Assembly: GCA_043228905.1 (NCBI GenBank)
Contig: JBHGNT010000018.1
Location: forward strand, 9,176,001 to 9,240,000
Length of the DNA stretch: 64,000 bases
Source: Azolla caroliniana
Taxonomy: Eukaryota > Plantae > Polypodiophyta
Direction of reading: 5' to 3'
In this document: in pieces, positions 1-13,000 of the stretch
Numbering within the stretch: position 1 is the stretch's first letter
How the letters are laid out: each line of letters begins with the position of its first letter
Position numbers and translations under genes: made by a program
The notes under the pieces: generated by a model
Told to the model about the DNA's origin: nothing
Seen by the model: only the letters and a program-made list of their open reading frames with translations
The model's database searches: none

Positions 1-209
1 GACCTGATGAGCGACAAGGTGAACCATCATTTGTCGTTAAGCCATTTACGGGAGACAAAAAGGAAAGAACCGAAGAAGCAATCTGCACATGGCTGGGACG
101 ATGGGAGTCTCATTTTGAGCTCTATCCCACACCAGATAGTACGAAGATTGCATATGTCGGCCGAGAACTCGGGGGTAAGGCCGCCGCCTGGTGGCGTGGG
201 CTCCGTACT

Positions 210-3200
210 ATGGGGAAATTGCCCGATACCTGGACAGATTTTGTCACGGTTTTTAAGGGCCAATTTCTGCAACCTCCCTCTCGAACCAAGGCAGCACAAG
301 CTTTAATGAACCTCTCTAGCAGGAAATTTTCCTCGCTAGAAGACTATGTTCACCATGCTAGAACCCAAATCCAAAAATCGGGTCTAGAAGGGGACAATTG
401 GTTGATAGCTTGTTTTGTCAATGGCATCCCCAATTCGGACTATCACTGGATAGTGCACGATAAGGATCCAAAATCCTTCGAAGAGGCCGTTGAAATAGTT
501 CTTCGCTATCAACGCACTTCGAAGAAGGACCATAACAAACCCAACGAAGCGCCCGGGACTAAGCAGTCGCAATTTGTTGGGAAACGCAAGACACCCAACG
601 AATTCCTGGATCGCGATTGTAAGCGACAACATCCTTTTTGTGTATTCTGCAAAAAGAAGGGTCATACAAAAGATCAATGTCGAAAGCTCCAACGGAAAGA
701 GCACGACAACAAAGCTAAAGCTGCAGACCATAAAGGTCAGATTCCTAATGTCCTTCAGGTCTATACACATCATTTAAGTAATTGTCAATGTTCTTTCCCT
801 CACTATGTATTGGGTCCCAATGATTTACTACGTGCAAACGGGTATATCAATGGATCTCCCGTACAATTTTTATTTGATTCGGGAAGCTCACACAATTTTG
901 TGAATGATCGTTTGGTTCAGATATGGGGAATCCAACCCACCGTAAGTGATCACACCTACACGGTGCACTTGGTTGATGGAAGAGTACAATACATCAACGG
1001 GGCGATTCATTCATTAGGAATTTCTATTGATACTTATATAGAGGAAGTAGACTTCCATGTAATGAATCTTTGTACCACCGATGTAATACTGGGTTATCCC
1101 TGGTTTTATAATAAAAACTCTTCTTTATTTATTGATTGGGTTCATCATTCCATTTCTTTTGTACTGAACGATTGTACGCATTTTATTCAATGTGTAAAAA
1201 AACAATCCCTCTCGATTGTTTCCTCGTGTCCATCAATATCCGAGTTGTCTTGTTCTACGTTATTTTATTGTGTACTTGATCCGGACATTCACGTTTACAA
1301 TATCGATAATGTCCCGATTCAATTAACATATTTTGAACAACAACAACTTGATGAAATCTTAAATGATTTTCATGATGTTTTCCCAAGTGAACTACCTGAT
1401 GGGTTACCTCCTAAACGTAATATAGACCATCGTATAGATATTGTACTTGGTGTTGCACCAATAAGTATACCTCCGTATCGCTTAAGTCGATCCGAAGAAG
1501 ATGAGGTATCTAAGCAACTCAAGGACTATTTACGAATGGGTTATATACGTTATAGTAAATCTCCATGGGGTGCACCAGTTCTCTTGGTTAAAAAGAAAGA
1601 GGGCACATGGCGTATGTGTATTAATTACCGACGCTTGAATAAAGTGACGATCAAGAATTCGTATCCATTGCCCCGGGCTGACGATCTAATTGACCGTCTC
1701 CAGGGAGCTCGGTATTTTACGAAACTTGATCTCCGTACTGGCTACCATCAAATAAGAATAAGTGAGGACGATGTTCCTAAAACGGCATTTCGTACGCGCT
1801 ATGGCCATTACGAGTTTTTGGTTATGCCTTTTGGTTTGACCAATGCTCCGGCTACTTTTCAACAAGAAATGAATGACATTTTCCGAGAACAACTTGGAAA
1901 ATTTGTCGTTATTTTCTTGGATGATATTTTAGTTTATAGCCGTACATTACAAGAACATGCTAGACATGTCCGCTTTGTTTTACAAACATTGCGTGACAAA
2001 CAGTTTTATGCGAAGATCTCAAAATGTGAGAAATCAATTACTTATCTAAGACATCTCATAACCGAACGAGGAGTTGAAATTGATCCTTCTCGCATTGAGA
2101 AAATCAAGCTTTGGCCCACTCTTCGGAATATTCGAGAAGTTCGATCATTCCTTGGTTTTGTGGGGTTTTTGCGAAAGTCTCTTCGTAATTACTCCCAATT
2201 GACGACGCCGTTTACTGATCTTTTAAAAGGTCAAACGCGTAAGTCTACAAAACCTATTGTGTGGAATGCTACACTAGACCTTGCCTTTAAGAAACTCAAG
2301 GACCTGGTTTGCAAGGCTCCTTCACTTCTTTTACCCGATCCTTCAAAACCTTTTGAGGTTGAAACCGATGCCAGCGATTACGCTATAGGTGCTGTCTTGT
2401 ATCAAGATGGTAAACCAATAGCATTCGAGAGTAAGAAACTTGATTCTGCTCAATGTCGGTATACCGTTCAAGAAAAGGAATTATTTGCAGTTATACATGC
2501 GCTCAAAACATGGCGCCATTATCTTTATGGAAATCACTTTGTGGTAACTACGGACCACGAGTCCTTGAAATATTTTTGTGACCAACAAGACCTGAAAGGT
2601 CGTAAGGCACGATGGGCTGATCTCATCCAGGACTTTGATTTTTCCATACGATATCGTAAAGGTTCCATGAACACTGTCGCTGATGCACTAAGTCGCATCC
2701 GTGAAGTTAACACGCTTAGCTTCACTGAAATATCATCAGATCTTTATGATCACCTTCGAGGAAAGTATCCTGATGACAGTTATTTCGCAAAATACTGGGC
2801 AAGAGTTGAGTCTGGAACAGACACCACCACATCCTCGAAGGAATACTTCCACATTGCTAACGGTTTGCTCTACCGTAATGGGAAGGTTTGTGTTCCAGAT
2901 TTACCCGAGGTCAAAAAGAGGATTCTTTTTGAATGCCATGATGCACCCTCAGCAGGGCACCCTGGAATACATCGTACACTCGTTCTCATCTCCACTCAAT
3001 TTTATTGGCCTAAGATGCGTCCTGACATACATAGCTATGTGACTAAATGTCACCAGTGTCAAGTTAACAAAGCCGAGCGACTTAAAGCCGCAGGACTTTT
3101 ACATCACTTGGACATTCCCAATAATAAGTGGGAAAGTATATCCATGGATTTTATTGTTAGCCTTCCTCGCACCCAAATAGGTCATGATGCCATCTGGGTT

Positions 3201-4213
3201 GTCGTTGATCGACTAACTAAAATGGCCAGATTTATTGCTACTAAAACCACGGTAACAGCTCCTGAATTGGCTTACCAATTCGTTGACGAATTGTTTCGTT
3301 TTTATGGGTTACCGATGGATATCGTGAGTGATCGAGATCCAAAGTTTACTAGTGACTTCTGGACACAAGTCTTTAAGAAGTTAGAAACTACGTTGAGCAT
3401 GAGCTCCACGGATCATCCTCAATCCGATGGACAGACAGAACGAGTAAATCAAATTATTGAGGACATGCTTCGAGCATACGTTGGTGCAAAACCAACAAAA
3501 TGGGAACGTTATCTCCCAATTTTGGAGTTTGCTTATAATAGCTCCAAGCATACGTCGACGGGATATAGTCCTTTTATGTTGATGTATGGTTTTCAGCCAC
3601 GAGCCCCGATTGATGTTACTATACATCATGATGAGTTGCGAAGTACGCAAAACTTTCTTCGGGATATGCAAGATATGTTGCATATTGCACGAGATAATAT
3701 AAAAACAGCTCAAGATAGAGCGCGTTTTTATGCCGATCATCATAGGCAACCTCGTGTATTCAACCCTGGACATAAGGTATTTTTACGTGTACCTCACAAT
3801 TCTAAGACATTGTCTATGGGTAAGTGCGCTAAGTTAGCCCCACGGTTTTGTGGACCATTTACAGTCCTCAAACGCATTGGGTCATCAGCCTATCGTCTCG
3901 CTCTTCCCGATGGTGTTGGAATTCATCCAGTCTTTCATGTGAGTCGTCTAAAAGAACTTCTAGGTTCTGGCGACAATACAGTTACGACTGAAACTCTGGT
4001 TACTTCTGAAGAATTATCTTCTAAACCACATGTACCAGAAAGAATTCTCAATGTTAAAACAAAAAAAATTACGTACTAAAGAAATCCGAGAATTTAAAAT
4101 AAAATGGATGGATAAATCAATAAAAGATGCCACATGGGAACGCGAAAATACTCTTAGAACTAACTTCCCTAACTTTCCATTGCAAGAGTGCAATGTTTTA
4201 AAGAGGGGGAGTA
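210..4213 (+). mobile_element. Ty3/gypsy chromovirus gag-pol (Gag zinc knuckle, protease, RT, RNase H, integrase, chromodomain); 5' end not delimited in this window
   Basis: 1289-aa ORF with [47 protein letters not shown] and GPF. The chromodomain (IKWMDKSIKDATWE) continues in ORF 4030-4227 after a frameshift in an A-run near 4060. PPT AAGAGGGGGAG at 4201-4211. Confidence 0.95.
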
Positions 4214-4647
4214 TGTTACGGGCATGACCATATAATATCCCGTGGTAAGAATTTACCGTAGTATTCTATACACGTGGATAAGTGTGAGGGTTAAACGAGA
4301 GTGTAAAGAAGGGGAGGATTACTTTTAATCCTCGGGATTGAGACAACCCATTAGGTCAAGTGTGAACTTGCCTGGGGGCCTTGGGTATCGCTATAAATAA
4401 GAGGCCTAGCTACCCTCATTTGATCATCTTTTGACTACATCGAGACTCTGCTCGTGTGGTGGGTCAACTCTTGTAGCGAGCGCGCTAGCACCAGGTACGA
4501 CTCGACGCCACGGCGGTGGTATAGGACGCCGATCGAGGCTCGAGTCCGTCTCGATCCCTTCGCTCGGGGGTGGTCGGGTGGAACGGCACCCTTCTTTCTC
4601 TTTCTCCTTTCTATCTATCTTTTCATTATCCTTATCTTAAGCTTACA
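4214..4647 (+). repeat. 3' LTR of the chromovirus above
   Basis: Starts TG two bases after the PPT, has TATAAATA near 4392 and ends ...CTTACA. The right end is inferred because no partner LTR is in the window. Confidence 0.6.
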
Positions 4648-4970
4648 TTAGTGCTAAGATCTATAATAATAAGGTTGAGCTCTATTGAGCCGATGCCGAT
4701 GATGGCACAATGTTGTGAGTTGCCAACTCGAATTGAGTTGGAGAGTCGGGCCGAATAATTCTGAAACTATGATCTATGAGGAGTCACATGATAGCATGCG
4801 CCAGAGTCTCAGTCGTAAGCAAAACTTTTGATCGACTGAGTTCTCTATAGATAAGATATTCGGATCATCCGTCAACACTTTGGTTGTCGAGCCGAAAAAG
4901 TTGACCTCCTCTTGCCGATTACCCTTTGGATCAGCTATATCATTTCTTAACTTGAGAGTGTCATGATATG

Positions 4971-5030
4971 TCAAGACTCGAACCCATGACCTTATGCTAC
5001 ATGGGTCGAGCTCTTACCATTAGACTATGA
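4971..5030 (-). promoter_or_regulatory. tRNA-like A-box/B-box module at the U3 end of the LTR (repeated at about 10272-10331)
   Basis: Minus strand reads TAGTCTAATGGTAAGAGC...GGGTTCGAGTC, giving A-box and B-box motifs at tRNA-like spacing. Confidence 0.65.
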
Positions 5031-5386
5031 ATTGTATTTTGTAGGATATTATTTTCATTTATGCTTTATCATAGAAAATTGATGTATATTCCAGATCTCT
5101 CTGGAACATTCTAGAAGCTTCAGGATTATTCCTAAAAACACTATAAAAGGAGGCACAAGGCATTGTTTTGAACCAAATTGGTTCAACACCAGTCTTAAGC
5201 CTCTTAGCCGATTTGTACTTATCTTTCATATAATATAAGAGCTGATGTCATCATCCTATTTCTCTCTCTCTCCTCTTCTCACTTCCTCTCTCTCGGGAAT
5301 CTTACGTAGTCCTGTCCTCTTAGTACTAATAGTACTACTCTTCTTAGTACTAATTCCATCTCTGCTTTAGTACTATTCCTGATAGT

Positions 5387-5398
5387 TTGAACCAATTT
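5387..5398 (+). promoter_or_regulatory. Self-priming PBS (Tf1-type)
   Basis: TTGAACCAATTT is the exact reverse complement of AAATTGGTTCAA at 5175-5186, which is 33 nt after the LTR TATA box at 5142. There is no TGG-type tRNA PBS. Confidence 0.8.
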
Positions 5399-6599
5399 TC
5401 TTCCTCCAGCCTACTTGTCGTTCTCCCTCATCCTCCTATCCTTTTCCCCCTACTATGGCTACTATTAGCGCCCAAGAATATCAATCCGTTTTCTCCGAGT
5501 TACAGTGCCTAAAAGAAAAGTTTGTTGCCTTGGAACAAGAAAACCAACGGCTGATAGGGGATCTACAACAAATCGCTCTAGAAAAGCAACAAACGCAGCA
5601 ACAACATGGGGAGTTAGCGTTATGGGTGCATCAACTCGAAGCGGCATTGCAACAACAAGGATCAAGTCCCCAAGGATTTCATAAAGAGCCGAAGATTGGA
5701 CTTCCTTTGAAATTTGATGGAACGCGATCGCAATTCAGGGGATTCCTTAATCAGGTACGATTAGTCCTCCAAATGCATCCTTCCCGATACCCCACTGATG
5801 CATCCCGAGTCGGCTTAATAGGCACTTTGCTTAGCGGCTCAGCCTTAGCATGGTTCGCTCCGCTTCTAGAAAAACAATCGCCCTTGCTTAATAACTTTGA
5901 AGATTTTATTAGTGAGTTAAAAGCCTGCTTTGGAGACACCGACAGCATCAGGACGGCGATCAACAAGATCCGGCGATTGCGTCAAGGCGATCGTCCAGCC
6001 TCTGCCTATGCGGCGGATTTCCGCCTACTCGCTTCCGACATACCCTGGGATGATCAAGCACTAATGGAGCAGTTTCGCTATGGCCTGCAAAATGATGTCA
6101 AAGATCTACTTCTAACCTTCCCCGAAGAACCAAAGTCTCTTACGGAGGCAATCAATTGAGCGGTCCGATGTGACAACCGCCTCTTCGAACGACGTTTGGA
6201 ACGTCAATTACAGATACCACGCGCTAGGCCGGAGCCCACTTATGCCGCAGTCGCGGCTAGACCATTTGCACGAGACATTCCTCAAGCAAATACTTCGACA
6301 CCGATGGAGATCGATACCATGCGTTGACGCGGCCTGTTATCGGAAGAAGAAAAGCAACAACGACGTGCAGATCGATTATGTCTTTATTGCGGTGGACCAG
6401 GGCATATCGCAATCAATTGTCCCCATAGGCCAAGAAGACAGGTAAATCAAATTGTAGCCTGTACTAAACCCGAGTCAATTCTTCCCTTAGGAGTGTCTGA
6501 TAGTATTAATAGTACTAATAGAGTGTTTGATAGTATTCATAGTACTAATAGCCCAAGTATCTCAAATAAATTTGAAATCCTTAGTCAATTAGATGAAGA

Positions 6600-6660
6600 G
6601 TTAAACGATTGAGTCCAACCAAAATAGGAGCCGTTTGGTTGGACAACAGCCCTAGATCTG
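6600..6660 (+). promoter_or_regulatory. -1 ribosomal frameshift signal between gag and pol
   Basis: G_TTA_AAC in the gag frame, followed by an 11-bp stem GTCCAACCAAA/TTTGGTTGGAC. The pol ORF is in the -1 frame. Confidence 0.75.
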
Positions 6661-9600
6661 TACAGCCCATTAGTGGTTCCATTCCTTCCAAGCAAGTTAG
6701 CAATGTGTTCCTAGCCCAAGTCATTGTTAGTACTAAAAGTACTCCCCCAGTACCCGTCCTAGCACTTTTAGATTCCAAAGCTAATTCCTGTTTCATGGAT
6801 CGAAATTTTGCCCAAGCTTCTCAGATATCCTTAAGAAAACTTCCTTGTCCCGCATCTGTAGTAGTCATTGATGGTCGTCCCATTGCTTCAGGGAATATTG
6901 TAGAAGAATCAGAACCCATTCAAGTTGTCCTAGGTAGTTTTGTGTGTGTAATATCATTTAATATAATTAGTAGTCCAAAGCATCCCATTGTCCTAGGATT
7001 ACCTTGGTTTGAATTACATAATCCAGCTATAGATTGGAGAACAAGAGAAGTCCGATATCGACCACCCCAAGAATCAACTCACCAAGTTTCGACCATTTCA
7101 CTCCATCAACTACGCGAAGAAGGACCCAAGGAGGCAATGTTCCTATTTGCAATATCAGTACATCCTTCCAGCACTAATAAGGACTCCTTAGTACAAATTC
7201 CAGCAAAATATCATCCTTATGCCGATGTATTTGACATGGTAAAAGCCGGTACCCTTCCTCATCACCGTCCATATGATTGTCCCATCGATTTACAACCAGG
7301 AACCGAGCCACCATGGGGACCAATTTACAACTTGTCACCCACCGAGTTAGAAGTCCTTCGAGCCTACATAGAGGAGAACTTGGCAAGCGGGTTCATCCGC
7401 CATTCGAAATCTCCGGCCGGTGCACCCATCTTCTTTGTCAAGAAGAAAGATGGCTCACTTCGTCTTGTCGTTGATTACCGCGGATTGAATAAAGTCACCA
7501 TCCGGAATAGGTATGCACTTCCTCTTATATCAAGTCTTTTAGAGCGAGTTAATGGTGCCAAGTTTTTTACTAAAATCGACCTACGAGGAGCGTATAATCT
7601 CGTGCGGATCCGACCGGGAGATGAGTGGAAGACCGCCTTTCGCACGCGGTATGGGCATTTCGAGTATATTGTTATGCCGTTTGGCCTAACCAATGCACCC
7701 GCAGTCTTCCAACACATGGCAAATGATATATTCAGAGACCTCTTGGATATCTGTTTGATCATTTATCTGGATGATCTGTTGATTTATTCAAAGACCCAGG
7801 AAGAGCACGATTCTCATGTACTATTAGTACTAAAGCGACTCCGCGAGAATGGTCTTTATGCCAAGCTAGAAAAATGTAGCTTTGACTGCAAGCAAGTGGA
7901 ATTTCTAGGCTACGTCATCTCCTCAAAGGGCATCGCCATGGATCCAGCTAAAATCCAAACTGTACTCGAGTGGCAAATTCCACGGTCGATACGAGATGTA
8001 CAATGTTTTCTAGGTTTTGCTAACTTCTACCGTAAGTTTATACAGGATTACTCGAAGATTATTTTACCTCTCACACAACTTACGAAGAAGGGCCAAGCAT
8101 TTCTTTGGTCCATAGAAGCAGATATGGCTTTTCGGCATCTTAAGAAAGCCTTTACATCAGCACCGATTCTAGCTCATGTGGATACAAGCAAACCATTCAT
8201 CATGGAGGCCGACGCATCAGATTTCACCCTCGGTAACATCCTTTCTCAACAAGGCGATAAAGAAGAGTTGCATCCGGTGGCTTTCCATTCGCGCAAATTC
8301 GATGTCGCAGAAATCAACTACGAAATACATGACAAGGAGTTATTAGCCATCGTAGATTCATTTGTACAATGGCGTCATTTCTTGGAGGGCTCTCCACATC
8401 AGGTCATTGTCTTTAGAGATCATAAAAATCTTGCTTATTTTCAGAACGCTCGCGTACTAAATTGACGGCAAGCTCGGTGGGCGCAATTCCTCGCACGTTT
8501 CGACTTCAAAATCACATATTGACTGGGGAAGCAACAAGGAAAAGCAGATGCACTATCACGGCGTTCATATCTTGCACCTCGTCCTGGTGATGCAACATTT
8601 GATAATCAAAAGCAAGTAATCTTGGGACCAACTCGATTGCACACGATGCGGATTTTTCACACCCCGATGGATTCACGGATTACCGATGACATACGTGCAA
8701 CCTTGAAGACGGATAGTTTTGCTCAAGACATCCTGACGCACATTGATACTTCCCGGGCATCCTGTTCTCAGTCTCAACAACCAGGTATTGACTACCGACA
8801 ATTCGAATATCATGATGGTTTGTTATTCTTTAAGAAGCGCGTATATGCCCCCGATTGCTCCTGTCGCCTTCAAATCGTCCAACATTGTCACAACGCCCAT
8901 ACGGCGGGACATTTCGGTAGTACTAAGACGTTGGAGCTAGTGCAGCGATCTTTTCGGTGGCCCCACATGCGCCGTGTTGTCGACGACTACGTTCGGACCT
9001 GTGATGCTTGCTGTCGAGCAAAGATGCCACGACACCATCCATATGGCTTGTTGGAACCTTTACCGATTCCAAGTAAGCCATGGCAGTCTATTTGTCTTGA
9101 CTTTATCACAGATCTACCGGTCTCGAAGGGGTTCGATGCTATCCTAACCGTCGTCGATCGATATACGAAGATGGCACATTTTGTGCCATGTACTAAAGCC
9201 ATCACTAGCGAGGAAACCGCCGCTCTTGTTATGCGTGAGGTATTTCGGCATCATGGCCTCCCAGACAGTATTATCAGTGACCGAGGCCCGCAATTTGTCT
9301 CCAAATTTTGGCAGCATCTCTTCAAGATGCTCAAGGTCTCCTGCAACCTCTCCTCCGGCTACCATCCTCAGACCGACAGACAGGCGGAACGAACAAACCA
9401 AACGCTGGAGCAATATCTCCGGTGTTTCCTGAGTTATCAACAGGACGATTGGGCCGAGATTCTCCACTTTGCGGAGTTTGCGTATAATAATGCTATTCAC
9501 TCCTCGACTCGGGTCTCCCCATTTTTCACTTATACCCGTTTCCATCCTCGCTGGTCGGTGATCGACACTCCGGAGCTACCTACCAACCCTCGAGCCGAGG

Positions 9601-9901
9601 ATCATTTGGAGAGGCTACGCAAGATCCAGATGGATCTCTCTACTCATCTTCGTCATGCTCAACACACACAGAAGACTTATGCGGATCGTCATCGGATTCC
9701 CTCCTCTTTTGCCATCGGAGATCGAGTATGGCTCTTACGTCGTCACATCAAGACTACTCGACCGTGCGACAAGTTGGATTATCGACGACTCGGTCCTTTC
9801 CGTATTACGGGGAAGATTAATGATGTCACCTTCCGCCTTGATCTCCCTCCGCAACTTTAGATACATCCGGTTTTCCATTGTTCTCTTCTTGAACCTTATA
9901 A

Positions 9902-10041
9902 AGCAAACACCATTCCCGATCGTGTGACACCACCGCCGCCCCCACTGGAGTTGGACGCCGGCCCGGAGTATAGCAAACACCATTCCCGATCGTGTGACAC
10001 CACCGCCGCCCCCACTGGAGTTGGACGCCGGCCCGGAGTAT
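9902..10041 (+). repeat. 70-bp direct tandem duplication in the integrase-chromodomain linker
   Basis: AGCAAACACC...CCCGGAGTAT occurs twice and shifts the frame. Confidence 0.9.
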
Positions 10042-13000
10042 GAAGTTGCTGCCATCCTCGATTCCAAACTTGTTTGCAACAAACTTTATTACTTGGTCGA
10101 TTGGCTCGGTTATAGTCCGAGCGAATGTACTTGGGAACCCGTTGAGCATGTTGCCAATGCACAAGATCTTCTTGCTGATTTCCACCGAAAGTATCCGGAC
10201 AAACCCGGTCCGCAATTAGCGCCGACTCGTTCCACTCGTCGTCTTTAAGGGGGAGATAGTGTCATGATATGGCAAGACTCGAACCCATGACCTTATGCTA
10301 CATGGGTCGAGCTCTTACCATTAGACTATGAATTGTATTTTGTAGGATATTATTTTCATTTATGCTTTATCATAGAAAATTGATGTATATTCCAGATCTC
10401 TCTGGAACATTCTAGAAGCTTTAGGATTATTCCTAAAAACACTATAAAAGGAGGCACAAGGCATTGTTTTGAACCAAATTGGTTCAACACCAGTCTTAAG
10501 CCTCTTAGTCGATTTGTACTTATCTTTCATATAATATAAGAGCTGATGTCATCATCCTATTTCTCTCTCTCTCCTCTTCTCACTTCCTCTCTCTCGGGAA
10601 TCTTACGCAGTCCTGTCCTCTTAGTACTAATAGTACTACTCTTCTTAGTACTAATTCCATCTCTGCTTTAGTACTATTCCTGACAGAGGGTGCGGCAGTC
10701 AGCGTTAATATGTCTGGATTTCTTGCAGTAGTTGTAGATTTGATTCTCCCTAGACACACTTTGGTTTCGAGCATTTGTTGGTGCCTAGGAAGAACTTCTC
10801 CCCCGGTTTTTCGGTCAGTCAGCTGAACCTTGTATTACATATGCATCTTTGGCTGAATCGTGTACAAAGAATTTCCTTCGAGCTGCTTTCGGAATACTGG
10901 ATGGTTGTTCTTGACACATTGCACACCGTCGTGGCAAAAGTTTTCGAAGAGGGGGGCAGGTTGCTCATTAGCACAAGAGCTCTCAACTTTCTTCTATCTT
11001 CATCCCTTGTGCCGAAAGTTGGGAATTTATACTCTCACATTCGTTGATGTGTGTTTGATTTATACTCTAGCTCAAAGGTCGTTGAACATGATTGCACCAT
11101 CTAGTACATTGACTCTGACAGGTGCATCCGAATAGTGGCCTAGAAAATTTGATCTAGCTTTATCCACTCATTCGGCTTGAATTCTTCCGGATCGTTTTCG
11201 TTCTCCATCGGATCTTTGGTATTTGACGGTTAAATAGTCCTACATTTGCTCCTTCCAAAAGTTGAAGTTCAAACCATCAAACTTCCTAAGACTCATCTCA
11301 AATGAACCGGATGTTGAAGCCATTTGAATCTGTGTCGGTTGAGGGGCTTTGTCTGGAGTTGGCTACAAACAATAGGAGGGAGAAGCCGGGTAGCTCACCG
11401 GAATTTGTTCTAGCCGAATTTGGACATGGGTTGAGTCGGCTGCCAAATTGATTGCCGATTCTGAAGAGGGTACGAATTATGCCGATTATGATGCTGATCA
11501 AATTGAGTGCAGCTTTTGCCAATTTTCGATGCTAATCCTGCTCCGATTGACTATGATGAATGGAGGGACAAGGCCAATTGGTCTTCCCAAATTTTTTCTA
11601 GCCGAATGAAGCATGGATGGTGTTGATTCTTAAGCCAATCCTGCTTCAAGTGATTTCAAGTAAATATGGCAGCGCCTATGGGCCCGTTCGAGTGTTGCTT
11701 ATTAACCTTGATGAAGCACAAATGGGGTTGATAGAGTGCAAATCAACATGATGTTCTTCTCTTCACCAAATAAGATCCCGATGATTGCTAATCTGAGGAT
11801 TTCAATCTGACTGAAACCTAAAAGTTTGTTCAGTATGGATCCATCAAGCTTGAAGTTCTCACACAATGAGTATATGGGGCATTATTATGCGTACATGACA
11901 AAGGTGGCGGAATTTCCACACCTGTGCTTGATGTTGACACCATTTTCTGTAGGAAGCCAAGATTTTCTGACTTGGTCTTATCTTTCAACTGGGAATCTCC
12001 TTTCCTTGTTGATGTTGTTGTTGCCAACTAGCTCTGATACTAGTTGATGCGGAAGACTATGAGGAACTGTTGATGAGTCAAGCAAACAACATGGAAAGTG
12101 AGGTAGATGAAGATTAGTTCACTGTGTATCAAAAGAATGAACAAGAAGGTAGTTACACAGAGACACATAGTTATGCTCAAGAGACACATGTTAGACTAAC
12201 CCTTCGAACTCATGTTTACAAGAACAGTTACCTACTTAACTAGTTAGATGAACTGTGTTCACACTAGAGATACAAGGACTGGGCAGAGTCAGCCTTTTAT
12301 GCCAACATTGAGCTTGTCACTCAACAAAGGTCAAAAAGGCCAAATGGTCCAAAGAGGCCGAATGACCCATAGAAATAAACGGCCGAAAGGCCACAGAACC
12401 CAAAAGAGCTGAAAGGCCAAAAGACGATCGAGGGGCCGAAAGAGCCGAAACCCAATCGCAAGGCCTAATGGGCTGAAAGGGGGGAAATAGGATTGAAAGC
12501 TGACTCAATTGATAGAGCGGAAGAGTTGAAATTTTGACCAAGCCAAAGGGTCAAAGGTCGAAAGACTAAAGTGTTGACCCGATCCGACTCGACCACTCCC
12601 GATTCAGGAATTTACCTTTTAGCTTGTAATTCTAATTGTAATTTGAATTTAAACTATATTTAAGTTTACGTGGGAGATTACCCGAGATTGTTGTAACAAT
12701 TAGAGTAGTCCTTTTACGGGAGAGTTTGTTGGACTAAAAGTCTTACTCCACCCAATTGTATTCTTAGTGTGAGCACACCCTCAAAGTTAGGGCTTAGTTA
12801 TCCTACCTATAAATATTATGAGGACCTGAATCTTGTGTTAAGGTTTGGCGGGTTTTTGAAATAAACAATCTTGTTGAGCTCTAATTAACTGTCTCTCTTT
12901 CTCTTTGTTTATTGTGCATTATCTAGTTGAGAGTAGAACAATGTATCAATCCTATTCTTCTTGTCTACATGCTTGCCTAGTTGCATTAACAAGATCCATA

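Larger units (their letters stand above)
4959..10685 (+). mobile_element. Full-length Tcn1/sushi-like chromovirus, inactivated
   Basis: 426-bp LTRs at 4959-5384 and 10260-10685 with about 5 differences. TSD GAGAG/GAGGG. PPT before 10260. Gag 5455-6612 and pol 6609-10248 (YLDD, integrase, chromodomain YLVDWLGY..TWEP), broken by CGA>TGA/CAG>TAG-type stops and a 70-bp duplication. Confidence 0.95.
4770..12042 (-). mobile_element. Degraded Ty1/copia element (gag/zinc knuckle/protease remnant) interrupted by the gypsy at 4959-10685
   Basis: Removing the insert rejoins NYCKKSRHINADCRTL/KLRNDIADPKGNRQEEVNF..DPNILSIEN, which is homologous to the copia at 57-60 kb. An iMet-type PBS (TAGTATCAGAGC) lies at 12031-12042. 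Confidence 0.7.
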
